Source of the DNA: Longimicrobiales bacterium
GTDB lineage: Bacteria; Gemmatimonadota; Gemmatimonadetes; Longimicrobiales; Gaopeijiaceae
Length of the DNA stretch: 64,000 nt
Direction: 5' to 3'
Assembly (NCBI GenBank): GCA_965202985.1
Contig: CBDBCF010000001.1
Coordinates: 1,344,001 to 1,408,000, forward strand
The position numbers and the translations under genes are program-made. This document shows positions 46,989 through 56,551 of this stretch, piece by piece (position 1 is the first letter of the stretch; each line of letters opens with the position of its first letter). The notes under the pieces were generated by a model. It did no database searches and was not told where the DNA came from. It worked only from the letters and a program-made list of their open reading frames with translations.

Positions 46989-48230
46989 GTGGCTGGCCCC
47001 GGGGTTCGCACCTACCGGTTCGTCCGGGGATGGTTCAACGGCGCCTCCCTCCACGAGAACTGGGGGCAAGACGGCGACGACCCGGACAAACGACCCGGCG
47101 CGGCGGATCTGGACATTGACATGCCCGCGCTGCGAAAAGGCACCTGGCCGCCTCGAATTCCGGGCGTCCGCACCGAGACGCGGATGATCTGGGGCGGGGC
47201 GAACGATCAGGACCGAGACTCCGCCGGTCCCGTCATGGCGCGCTGGTATTCCCCTACATCTCCGGCCGACAACGGCCCGCTTCCGGCTTGGCTGCTGCTT
47301 CACGGGGCCGCCGTCCAGGGTCCCGACCATCCGGCGCTGATGCGCTTCGCGGCGGCGCTGGCGTACTCGGGAAGCGTCGTGCTGATTCCGGAGATTTCGG
47401 GCTGGAGTCGGCTGGACCTGAACCCGGAGCATGCGGACGGACCGGTGGCACGGGCGCTGGAATACCTCGCTGGGAACCCCGGCGTCCTGCCTGGCGGGGT
47501 GGTCTTGGCGGGGTTCTCGTTCGGTTGCCCCCAGGCCGTTCGGATCGCGACGGACTTGGCCGGCGCCGGGCACATCCGGGGCGTCGTCGGGTTCGGCGGG
47601 TACTGCGACTTGAGCACGGCGGTGCGCTTCGGACTCGCGGGCGAGTACGTGTGGCGTGGCCGGACGTGCCGCGCCCAGCCCGATCCCTACGGGCGCTGGG
47701 TCCTGGGCGGCAACTACTTGGAGCCTCCGGTGTCCGACGCCCTGCTCAGGTTGGCCGCCCTTGCCGGTGCGCGCGGGGTCATGGCCTGGGAGCCCTACTA
47801 CGACGACGCCAAGGAGGCGCTCGCACGCGCCATGCCGCCCGACGGCCGCCGCCTCTTTCGCGTGTTCGCTCCCCCGGCCAGCGCCGAGCCCGAGCCCGAA
47901 GAAGCCGCCCGAGCCGCCGCGTCGCTGGCCCGTGCCGCCCACAGCGCACATCCTCTGCTGGTCTTGCCTCGGTCGTTCGACGGCGGGGCGCTGCCCCCTA
48001 TCCATCTGCTGCACGGCCGGGGCGACCCGCTCGTCCCGTTCACCGAGACGCTGGCCTTGGAGCGCCGTCTTCTGGAGGCTGGCGTTCCGGGCGTCGCAAC
48101 CACGGTCACCGGCCTGATCGCACACGCCCGCGAATCCGGCCGGATGGCGGCCCAGCCCTTGGAGGCGCTACGGTTCCTGCGTGCCATGCGCAACCTCATG
48201 TCCCTGCAACTTCGTCCCATTCGCCCATGA
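46989..48230 (+). CDS. Alpha/beta-hydrolase fold protein (start approximate)
   Basis: WLLLHG, GFSFG nucleophile elbow, LLHGRGDPLVP, distal His (LIAH). Confidence 0.65.
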   Translation: MAGPGVRTYRFVRGWFNGASLHENWGQDGDDPDKRPGAADLDIDMPALRKGTWPPRIPGVRTETRMIWGGANDQDRDSAGPVMARWYSPTSPADNGPLPAWLLLHGAAVQGPDHPALMRFAAALAYSGSVVLIPEISGWSRLDLNPEHADGPVARALEYLAGNPGVLPGGVVLAGFSFGCPQAVRIATDLAGAGHIRGVVGFGGYCDLSTAVRFGLAGEYVWRGRTCRAQPDPYGRWVLGGNYLEPPVSDALLRLAALAGARGVMAWEPYYDDAKEALARAMPPDGRRLFRVFAPPASAEPEPEEAARAAASLARAAHSAHPLLVLPRSFDGGALPPIHLLHGRGDPLVPFTETLALERRLLEAGVPGVATTVTGLIAHARESGRMAAQPLEALRFLRAMRNLMSLQLRPIRP

Positions 48231-51200
48231 CTTCGTCCCATCGCCCTTCGTCCCATCGCCCCACGACAACGCTCAGCACGGTCGCACCCCGAGCCGCCTT
48301 CGCCACCGCTCTCGCCCTGGTTCTTGCCGGCGTCGCCCCGACAGTCCCGGTCCTGCCCGGCGTCCCGGCCGGCCATGGCGCCGCCCAAACAACCTCCCGG
48401 CCGACCGCAACGACCACGCCAGCCCCAACCACCGAACCCCTCGCCACCGCCCAGCTCGACGGCCTGCGCTTCCGCAACATCGGCCCGGCGGTCATGAGCG
48501 GGCGGATCGTGGACCTGGCCGTCGTCGAGTCCGATCCGACCAAGTTCTATGTAGCGTCGGCCACCGGCGGCGTCTTCAAGACGGCGGACAACGGCATCAC
48601 CCTGGCGCCCGTGTTCGAGAGCGAACGCACGCACTCCGTGGGCGCCATCGCTGTACATCAAGTCGACACGGCCACGGTCTGGGTCGGCACCGGCGAGCGC
48701 GCCAACCGCCAAAGCTCGTCCTGGGGCGACGGCGTCTATCGCAGCGACGACGGGGGCGCCACGTGGACCCATGCGGGGCTCCCGGAGAGCCGTCACATCG
48801 GTCGCATCGCGCTTCACCCGGCCGATCCCGACATTGCGTATGTCGCCGCCATGGGGAATCTGTGGGGACCCAACCATGATCGCGGGCTGTACCGGACTCG
48901 CGACAAAGGCAATAGCTGGACGCGCATCCTGTTCGTGGACGAGAACACGGGCGTCGTGGACGTGGCGCTGGACCCGGACGACCCGCAGATCGTCTACGCG
49001 GCCGCCTATCAGCGCAGGCGCCGCCCCTGGGGCTTTCACGGAGGCGGTCCGGGGAGCGCGCTCTACCGCAGCATGGACGGCGGCGACACGTGGGAGCGGC
49101 TTTCGGGCCCCGGAGTCGCGCGCGGCTTGCCCGAAGGCGACCTGGGCCGCATCGGCATCTCCGTGTACCGAAGCGACCCGCGCATCGTCTATGCCAGCGT
49201 GGAGCAGGGCTGGCGGTACAATGCCTCGACCGCCTACACCGAACGCAGGGCCGGCGTCTATCGCTCCGACGACCGTGGCGACACGTGGGAGCACATGAGC
49301 GACTGGAACCCGCGTCCCATGTACGCAAGCCAGATCCTGGTCGATCCCGGCGACGACCAGCGCGTGTACATGGTCAACAGCTACTCCTTCTCGGACGACG
49401 GCGGCAGGACGTTCAGGGTCCCCCCGCAAAGCCTGCACGGCGACGACCGGCTTGTGTGGGTGAACCCCGCCGACTCGCGCCACGTCATGAAGGCCGACGA
49501 CGGTGGCCTGGGCATCTCCTACGACCGGGGACTCCACTGGTTGTACATCTCCGACTTGCCGGTCAGCCAGTACTACCGCGTGGCCGTGGACATGGCCACG
49601 CCCTACAACGTGTACGGCGGACTGCAGGACAACGGGTCGTGGATGGGTCCCAGCGAGACATTGCGCAGCGCGGGCATTCTCAACGGGGACTGGACCCGAC
49701 TGGGCGGCGGCGACGGCTTCCTCAACCTGCCCGACACCACGAACAACGCCATCGTCTATACAGCGTCCCAGTACCTGGGCCTTTCGCGCTTCGACTTGCG
49801 CACCGGCGAGCGCACCGCCATCCGCCCCGGCAACCCGCGGGGCCACATCGCCGCCCGGCGCAACTGGACGACCTGGAAGGACATCGGAACGCCCGAGGAA
49901 CAGAGGTTGGGGAACGCCATGGCGCCCGCGAACTGGGACGGGCCGTTCATCCTGTCGCCGCACGACGCCTCCACCTTGTACGCCGGCACCGACGTGCTTT
50001 GGAAGACGACGGACCGGGGCGACACGTGGCAGGCGCTGGGGAAGCTGACGTCGGACGTGGACCGCCGCTCGCTGCCGATCATGGGGCAGATGCCCGAAGA
50101 GTTCGTGCCCTCCCTGGACGACGGCATCCCGTACTACCCGACCATTTCAGCCATTGCCGAGAGCCCGTTGACCGAAGGGCTTCTGTACGCGGGCACCAAC
50201 GACGGGCGGCTGCACGTTTCCCAGGACGGCGGCGAGCGCTGGACACTGGTGCCTGTCGGCGCGTTCTCGGGGCTGCCCGAAGGCGCTTCGGTCTCGGGGC
50301 TGGAGCCGTCGCGCCACCGCGAAGGCCGCGCTTACGTCGTCTGGAACAACTACCGCAACGGCGATTTCGGCAACTACCTGTATCGCTCGGACGACTACGG
50401 GCGCACATGGGAAGCGCTGCCGGGCGACCTGCCCCCGCAGCGCGTGTTGCGCACGGTGCGCGAGGACCCGCGCAACGAGTCGGTCTTGTACCTGGGCGCC
50501 GAAGTCGGGCTGTTCTACAGCATGGACGGCGGCGCGCAGTGGACCGAGTTGCGAGGCGGCCTGCCGACGCTGGCGTTCAACGATCTGGTCGTCCATCCGC
50601 GGGACAACGACCTAGTGGTGGGCACGCACGGCCGAGGCGTGTGGATCCTGGACCAGATCAACGCGCTCCAGGAGTTGTCGCCCGAGATCGCGGCGTCGGA
50701 CGCGAGCTTGTTCACGGTCGAGCCGGCGATCCAGTGGCGACGCGCCGGCCGGGGAGTTCATGCCGGCGACGTGCACTTCCAGGGCGAGAACCCGCCCGTC
50801 GGCGCCGTGTTCGACTATTGGCTCGCCCAGGGCGCCGACAGCGGGGCCGCGACGTTGGTGGTGGAAGACGTGGGCGGCCGGCAGGTGGCCGTGCTGGAGG
50901 GCGGCGTTCGCCCGGGCGTGAACAGAGTTGTTTGGGACCTTCGACACCAGGTCGAGCCGCCCCGGCCCGCATCGTCGGAGCGCGGGCGGCGCTGGCAGGG
51001 GCCGCTGGTCGTGCCCGGCGAGTACGCCGTGCAGCTGGTCGTCGAGGGCACCGACGTTGGTGGAAGCCGAACCGTGGAAGTGCGCGACGATCCTCGCATC
51101 GACGCGACGCTGGCGGTCCGCGCGGCCTGGACGGCCGACCTGCTGGCGCTGGCGGAACTCGGGATGCGCGCCACGGACGGGCTGGACCGGGCGGGTCAAG

Positions 51201-51433
51201 CGCTGGAAGGCGTGGACGACGACGATGCCGGTCCGCGGGCCGTCAAGCTTCGCGACCTTGCGCGAGAGTTCGAGGAGATGGAGAGCCGCATCCGCCGCTT
51301 GGCCAACGCCGTCGAGGGCGCGGTGGCCCCGCCCACGGGGGACCAACGGTCGCGTCGGGCATACTACATGGAGATGCTGACGACCCTGGAAGCGGAGCTG
51401 GAAGCTTTGCCGGGGACTTCGGGGGGTCGTTAG
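48227..51433 (+). CDS. Second VPS10/BNR-repeat secreted beta-propeller protein
   Basis: LRFRNIGPAVMSGRIVD, many Asp-boxes, YGGLQDNGSW, DLVVGTHGRGVWILD. ATGA overlap. Confidence 0.88.
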   Translation: MTSSHRPSSHRPTTTLSTVAPRAAFATALALVLAGVAPTVPVLPGVPAGHGAAQTTSRPTATTTPAPTTEPLATAQLDGLRFRNIGPAVMSGRIVDLAVVESDPTKFYVASATGGVFKTADNGITLAPVFESERTHSVGAIAVHQVDTATVWVGTGERANRQSSSWGDGVYRSDDGGATWTHAGLPESRHIGRIALHPADPDIAYVAAMGNLWGPNHDRGLYRTRDKGNSWTRILFVDENTGVVDVALDPDDPQIVYAAAYQRRRRPWGFHGGGPGSALYRSMDGGDTWERLSGPGVARGLPEGDLGRIGISVYRSDPRIVYASVEQGWRYNASTAYTERRAGVYRSDDRGDTWEHMSDWNPRPMYASQILVDPGDDQRVYMVNSYSFSDDGGRTFRVPPQSLHGDDRLVWVNPADSRHVMKADDGGLGISYDRGLHWLYISDLPVSQYYRVAVDMATPYNVYGGLQDNGSWMGPSETLRSAGILNGDWTRLGGGDGFLNLPDTTNNAIVYTASQYLGLSRFDLRTGERTAIRPGNPRGHIAARRNWTTWKDIGTPEEQRLGNAMAPANWDGPFILSPHDASTLYAGTDVLWKTTDRGDTWQALGKLTSDVDRRSLPIMGQMPEEFVPSLDDGIPYYPTISAIAESPLTEGLLYAGTNDGRLHVSQDGGERWTLVPVGAFSGLPEGASVSGLEPSRHREGRAYVVWNNYRNGDFGNYLYRSDDYGRTWEALPGDLPPQRVLRTVREDPRNESVLYLGAEVGLFYSMDGGAQWTELRGGLPTLAFNDLVVHPRDNDLVVGTHGRGVWILDQINALQELSPEIAASDASLFTVEPAIQWRRAGRGVHAGDVHFQGENPPVGAVFDYWLAQGADSGAATLVVEDVGGRQVAVLEGGVRPGVNRVVWDLRHQVEPPRPASSERGRRWQGPLVVPGEYAVQLVVEGTDVGGSRTVEVRDDPRIDATLAVRAAWTADLLALAELGMRATDGLDRAGQALEGVDDDDAGPRAVKLRDLAREFEEMESRIRRLANAVEGAVAPPTGDQRSRRAYYMEMLTTLEAELEALPGTSGGR

Positions 51434-51475
51434 GTTGCCCGCCCGGCCCCCCGCACAACCCACGGAGAGCACATC

Positions 51476-54304
51476 ATGACGAACCGAGCCGTTTCCATCG
51501 TCGTCGCCGCAACCCTGGCCCTCTCTAGCTTGGCCAGCCCCGTCCCAGCAACCGCCCAACTTCCCGACCTGGACGATCCTCTGCCGCTCGACCCGGCCGT
51601 GGTCGAGGGCACTCTGGACAACGGGCTGCGCTACTTCGTCCGCGAGAACGGGCGGCCCGAGAACCGAGCGCTGCTGCGCCTGGTCGTCAACGTCGGCTCG
51701 ATCTTGGAGGACGAGGACCAGCTGGGCTTGGCGCACTTCGTGGAGCACATGGCGTTCAACGGCACGCGCAACTTCGAGAAGCAGGCGCTGGTGGACTACA
51801 TGGAGTCGATCGGCATGGCGTTCGGCCCTCACGTCAACGCCTACACCAGCTTCGACGAGACCGTGTACATGCTGCAAGTTCCCATGGACGATCCCGAGAT
51901 GCTGGCCACGGCGTTTCAGATCCTCGAAGACTGGGCCAGCGCGCTGCTCTTCGACCCCGAGGAAGTCGACAAGGAGCGGGGCGTCGTCATAGAAGAATGG
52001 CGAGGCAGACGGGGCGCCGCCGCGCGGATGCAGGACCAGCAGATGCCGGTGATGTTCGAGGGATCGCTGTACGCCGAACGCCTGCCCATCGGCAAGCCCG
52101 AGGTGCTCGAGACCGCCCCCGTCGAGGCGTTGCGCCGCTACTACCAGGACTGGTATCGGCCCAGCTTGATGGCGGTCGTGGCCGTCGGCGACTTCGACGG
52201 CGCCTGGATCGAGGCAATGATCCACGAGCACTTCGCCGGGCTGCAAGACCCGTCGAATCCGAGGCCCCGGACGACGGCCGAAGTGCCGGTCGATCACCCG
52301 CCCCGTATGGCGATCGCAACGGACCCCGAAGCCGCGCAGAGTCAGGTTGCGGTGATGTACAAGCGACCGTCCCGCGGCTATCGAACCATCGGCGACTTCC
52401 GGCGCAGCCTCGTGCGCGGGCTTTACTCGGGGATGCTTGTGTCGCGCTTCGACGAGCTCCGGCAGCAGGCCGATCCTCCCTTTGTCTTCGCCTTTGCCGG
52501 CCAAGGAGGCTTCGTGCGCGGCGTCGACGCGTCCCAGCTTGTGGCGTTCGTGTCCGAGGACGGCATCGAGCGCGGCCTTGACGCGCTATTGACTGAAGCG
52601 GAACGGGCGGCGCGCCACGGCTTCACGGGCTCGGAGCTGGAACGCATCAAGACCCGTAGGTTGCGCTCCTACGAGCGTTCGTACGCCGAACGCGAAAACC
52701 AAGAATCGCGGTCGCTGGCAGGCACCTACGTGAATGCATTTTTGCAGGACCGCGCCTACGCCAGCGTCGAGACGCGCAAAACGCTTGCCGATCAGTTCCT
52801 GCCCGGCATCACGCTTGCAGAGGTCAATGCGCTTGCGGCAGAACGGCTGTCCGAGGAAGGCCGCGTAGTGCTGGTGGACGCTCCCGACAAGGAAGGGTTG
52901 GAAGCGCCCACGGAAGCGGGGCTTGCGGCCGTGTTCGCCGCCGTGGACTCGAAGGAGATCGAGCCATACGAAGACGCCGACGTGGACGCGCCTCTCGTGC
53001 CGGAGCTGCCGACTGGTTCCGCCGTGGCGTCGGAAGAGACCGTGGACGCAGCGGGAGTCGCGATCTGGACGCTGGAGAACGGCGTGCGGGTCGTGCTCAA
53101 GCCGACCGACTTCAAGGACGACGAAATCCGCTTCTCGGCCACGAGCCCCGGTGGATCGTCGCTGGTGACGGACGAAATGTACGAACGCGTAGCGTATGCT
53201 TCGTCGATCGTGAACCAAGGAGGCGTGGGCGAGTTCGATCAGATCGCCCTGACGAAGAAGCTCGCAGGCAAGGTGGTCAACGTGCGCCCCACGATCGGCG
53301 GGCTGTCCGAGGGCATCACCGGCTCGGCGTCCCCCAAGGACTTGGAGACCGCGTTCCAGCTGGTGTACTTGTACTTCACGGCGCCTCGACGCGACGAGAC
53401 CGCTTTCGAAGCCTTCAAGGCTCTGCAGCTCGGGTTCTTCGCCAACGCCGCTGCCAGCCCGGGCCGCGTGTTCGCGGACACCATCGCCCTCACCATGTCG
53501 CAATACCATCCCCGCGTCCGCGGCGTGCCGACAGAAGAGGACTTCGACAAGATCGACTTGGACGCCGTCTTCAGCTATTACCAGGACCGCTTCGCCGACG
53601 CCAGCGACTTCACCTTCTACTTCGTCGGCGCCTTCGACCTGGCCGAAATGCGCCCGTTGGTGGAGCGCTATCTGGGCGCGTTGCCGAACCTGGGACGCGT
53701 CGAGACTTGGCGGGACATGGGCATGGACCCGCCTGCCGGCGTGATCGACAAGGTCGTGCACAAGGGAATCGAGCCGCAGAGCCGCACGCGCATCATCTAC
53801 GCCGGAGATGCCGAGTATTCGCCCGAAGAGAACATGGCGATATCGGCCTTGGCGGACGTGCTGGACATCCGCCTGCGGGAGCTGTTGCGCGAGGACTTGG
53901 GCGGTACCTACGGCGTCGGCGTGTCCGGCAGCGTCTCCTACCGCCCCGACGAGGAGTACCGGCTGAGCATTTCGTTCGGGTCCGCGCCCGAGCGAGCGGA
54001 AGAGCTGGCGACGGTAGCGTTCGAAGAGATCGAGCGCATCAAGGCCGAAGGCCCCAGTCCCGAAGTCGTGGACAAGGTTCGCGAGACCCAGCGCCGCACC
54101 AAGGAGACCAGCCTGCGCGAGAACGGCTATTGGCTGAGCCGCATGCGCGGCCTGGAGGACCAGGGCAGGGACTTGGCGCTGGTTCCCAGCTACGCCCTGA
54201 TCGAAGGCTGGACCGCCGAGGACGTGCGGGCAGCCGCCATCCGCTACCTGCGGACCGACCAGTACGCCAAGTTCGTGCTGCTGCCGGAGGACGTGGTGCC
54301 GTGA
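51476..54304 (+). CDS. M16 zinc protease (PqqL-like)
   Basis: Signal peptide; GLAHFVEHMAFNG (HxxEH), NAYTSFDETVY, ERGVVIEE, WYRP; duplicated second half with LRE.LGGTY. Confidence 0.93.
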   Translation: MTNRAVSIVVAATLALSSLASPVPATAQLPDLDDPLPLDPAVVEGTLDNGLRYFVRENGRPENRALLRLVVNVGSILEDEDQLGLAHFVEHMAFNGTRNFEKQALVDYMESIGMAFGPHVNAYTSFDETVYMLQVPMDDPEMLATAFQILEDWASALLFDPEEVDKERGVVIEEWRGRRGAAARMQDQQMPVMFEGSLYAERLPIGKPEVLETAPVEALRRYYQDWYRPSLMAVVAVGDFDGAWIEAMIHEHFAGLQDPSNPRPRTTAEVPVDHPPRMAIATDPEAAQSQVAVMYKRPSRGYRTIGDFRRSLVRGLYSGMLVSRFDELRQQADPPFVFAFAGQGGFVRGVDASQLVAFVSEDGIERGLDALLTEAERAARHGFTGSELERIKTRRLRSYERSYAERENQESRSLAGTYVNAFLQDRAYASVETRKTLADQFLPGITLAEVNALAAERLSEEGRVVLVDAPDKEGLEAPTEAGLAAVFAAVDSKEIEPYEDADVDAPLVPELPTGSAVASEETVDAAGVAIWTLENGVRVVLKPTDFKDDEIRFSATSPGGSSLVTDEMYERVAYASSIVNQGGVGEFDQIALTKKLAGKVVNVRPTIGGLSEGITGSASPKDLETAFQLVYLYFTAPRRDETAFEAFKALQLGFFANAAASPGRVFADTIALTMSQYHPRVRGVPTEEDFDKIDLDAVFSYYQDRFADASDFTFYFVGAFDLAEMRPLVERYLGALPNLGRVETWRDMGMDPPAGVIDKVVHKGIEPQSRTRIIYAGDAEYSPEENMAISALADVLDIRLRELLREDLGGTYGVGVSGSVSYRPDEEYRLSISFGSAPERAEELATVAFEEIERIKAEGPSPEVVDKVRETQRRTKETSLRENGYWLSRMRGLEDQGRDLALVPSYALIEGWTAEDVRAAAIRYLRTDQYAKFVLLPEDVVP

Positions 54305-54326
54305 GGGGCGCTAGACCGGAGGTTCC

Positions 54327-55697
54327 GTGAACGCGATTCGGCTCAAGAACTTCCGCTGCTTCGGGGACGAGCAGGAGGTTCCGCTCGCGCCGTTGACGTT
54401 GCTCGTCGGTGAGAACAGCACCGGCAAGACGTCGTTCATGGCAGCGATTCGGGCGTTGTGGGACATATTCTACCGCGAGCGCGTCCCCGACTTCAAGGAA
54501 CAGCCGCACGACCTGGGCAGCTTCGGGGACATTGTCCATTCGCCCACAAAGGATGCTGCTTCGCATCGTCCTCACTTCGAGTTTGGCTTGGCGTATTCGG
54601 CCGAAGGCGATTCGCCGAGCGCTCCTTACCAAGGTCGGTTTGACGTCTCGTTCGGCAAGAACGGCGCCGCACCGACACCGGTGCGAATGACGCTTTCCGA
54701 TGCCGAGCGGAAGGTTTGGGTCGAGTACAGCCAAGATGATGATTCGTGGCGGGTCTCCGTCGGCACGCCTCAGGGAATTTGGCGTCCAAGTCCAGAGGGC
54801 AAGCCACCGGTGATTCATGCAGATCGGATATGGCCGTTCTTCGTAGTCATGGACATCTACAGGAGAGGCAACACAGTGAACGCCCGGATCGAAGATGAAG
54901 AACCGTTACTTCGCGACTTACAAGGTCGATCCACCGCAATCGAGTCAGATACCTGGGAAATGATCGAACAACTTTGCAGATCACAGTATAGCCAAGATTT
55001 TTTTGACAAGACGCGCTATGCAAGCGCACCCGTGAGGTCTAAGCCTCGACGGACGTATGATCCTTCGCGTGTTATCCACGACCCGGAAGGAGGCGATACA
55101 CCGACGTACTTGGGCAATTTGGCGCTCCAGCGCAAGAGCAAGTGGACATCACTAAGCAGGGCACTCGCCCGATTTGGTGTCGATTCTGGTCTTTTCGAAG
55201 AACTTACGGTACGTTCCTTTGGCGATACCGCGAGTGATCCTTTTCAGCTTCAAATCAAAGAAACCAATTCTGGAACTGGTAGCCCACTGCGCAATCTTGC
55301 AGACGTTGGCTACGGCGTTAGTCAAGTGTTGCCCGTGGTGACCGAACTCCTGCGTCCCGAAGCCCCACCTGCGTTCTTGTTGCAGCAACCCGAAGTTCAT
55401 CTGCATCCGAGTGCACAGGCCGCCCTGGGCAGCTTGTTCTGTCAAGCCGCACGACCGGGCAAGTTGCTCATTGTCGAAACCCACAGCGACTATCTCTTGG
55501 ATCGCATACGGATGGATCTTCGAGATGACAAGACAGACTTGCGACCTCAAGACGTGGCAATATTGTTTTTTGAGCGAATAGACAGAGCTGTGCGTATTCA
55601 TCGATTAACGTTCGATAAAGAGGGTAACATCTTAAATGCGCCGAGTAGCTATCGTGCTTTCGTCATGCAAGAAATGCAAAGATCGCTGGGACTGTGA
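54327..55697 (+). CDS. ABC-superfamily (AAA_15/AAA_21, DUF3696-type) ATPase
   Basis: IRLKNFRCF, GENSTGKT (Walker A), LADVGYGVSQVLPV (signature), LLQQPEVHLHP (degenerate Walker B/D-loop), IVETHS (H-loop), DKEGNI C-terminus. Confidence 0.85.
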   Translation: MNAIRLKNFRCFGDEQEVPLAPLTLLVGENSTGKTSFMAAIRALWDIFYRERVPDFKEQPHDLGSFGDIVHSPTKDAASHRPHFEFGLAYSAEGDSPSAPYQGRFDVSFGKNGAAPTPVRMTLSDAERKVWVEYSQDDDSWRVSVGTPQGIWRPSPEGKPPVIHADRIWPFFVVMDIYRRGNTVNARIEDEEPLLRDLQGRSTAIESDTWEMIEQLCRSQYSQDFFDKTRYASAPVRSKPRRTYDPSRVIHDPEGGDTPTYLGNLALQRKSKWTSLSRALARFGVDSGLFEELTVRSFGDTASDPFQLQIKETNSGTGSPLRNLADVGYGVSQVLPVVTELLRPEAPPAFLLQQPEVHLHPSAQAALGSLFCQAARPGKLLIVETHSDYLLDRIRMDLRDDKTDLRPQDVAILFFERIDRAVRIHRLTFDKEGNILNAPSSYRAFVMQEMQRSLGL

Positions 55698-55703
55698 AGA
55701 GTC

Positions 55704-56165
55704 GTGTGCGCTATTGTTGACGCCAATGTCGCGTCGGCGATGTTTCGACCAGATCGCTCGAATGCCGCGTCGGCCTTCTTCGAGTGGATCAATGCCGGGT
55801 CCGGTCGATTGATTGGCGGAGGCAAACTGCGTACGGAACTTGGTTTATTGGATTCGTTCAGGGAGTGGCAACGAGAAGCGATTCTTGCGGGACGTATTCG
55901 CAACTACAGCGACGATGAAATCGAAATACAAACGGGTATCGTCAAGAACACAGGATTGTGTCGGTCGGACGACGAACACATCATTGCATTGGCTCAGGTC
56001 AGTGGTGCTCGCTTGTTGTATTCGCATGACAAGCGGTTGCATGAGGATTTTAGAAACCCGGAATTGGTCAAGAAACCGCGTGGAAAAATCTACTCAACCC
56101 TAACTGGCACAAAGCTTCGAGACAGCCACAAGCAACTTCTTCGCCAGAGTTCGTGCAGGAAGTAG
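55704..56165 (+). CDS. PIN-domain protein
   Basis: AIVDANV, ELG, SDDEHIIALA, LYSHDKRL: the acidic PIN pattern. Confidence 0.75.
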   Translation: MCAIVDANVASAMFRPDRSNAASAFFEWINAGSGRLIGGGKLRTELGLLDSFREWQREAILAGRIRNYSDDEIEIQTGIVKNTGLCRSDDEHIIALAQVSGARLLYSHDKRLHEDFRNPELVKKPRGKIYSTLTGTKLRDSHKQLLRQSSCRK

Positions 56166-56194
56166 ATGTCGACGACGCAAGAGCAGGGGCCATC

Positions 56195-56527
56195 ATGAGC
56201 GGGCAGGACCGTGTGCCCGACGTTCCCGCCGACGCGATGCGCGCGATGATTCGGGTGTTCTCGTCGTATCCCGACTTGGAGAAGGTGACGTTGTTCGGGT
56301 CTCGCGCCATGGGCACGGCCAAACGCTGGTCCGACATCGACTTGGCCACGCATGGCATCGTGGGCGATCGTCACCGCCTGGGCCGACTCGCTCTCGACCT
56401 TGAAGACACCGACATTCCGCAGACCTGCGACGTCATGGCGTACGAGGCGATCTCCCATGTGCTCCTGAAGCGCCACGTGGACAACATGGGCATCGTCATT
56501 TACAGGCGAGACGCCGGGACAAGCTGA
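56195..56527 (+). CDS. Minimal nucleotidyltransferase (MNT/Pol-beta-like)
   Basis: VTLFGSRAMG...SDIDLA, CDV...I...LKRHVDNMGIVIY. Confidence 0.85.
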   Translation: MSGQDRVPDVPADAMRAMIRVFSSYPDLEKVTLFGSRAMGTAKRWSDIDLATHGIVGDRHRLGRLALDLEDTDIPQTCDVMAYEAISHVLLKRHVDNMGIVIYRRDAGTS

Positions 56528-56551
56528 CGCGACGCGCCGGGAGCGCCCCCC

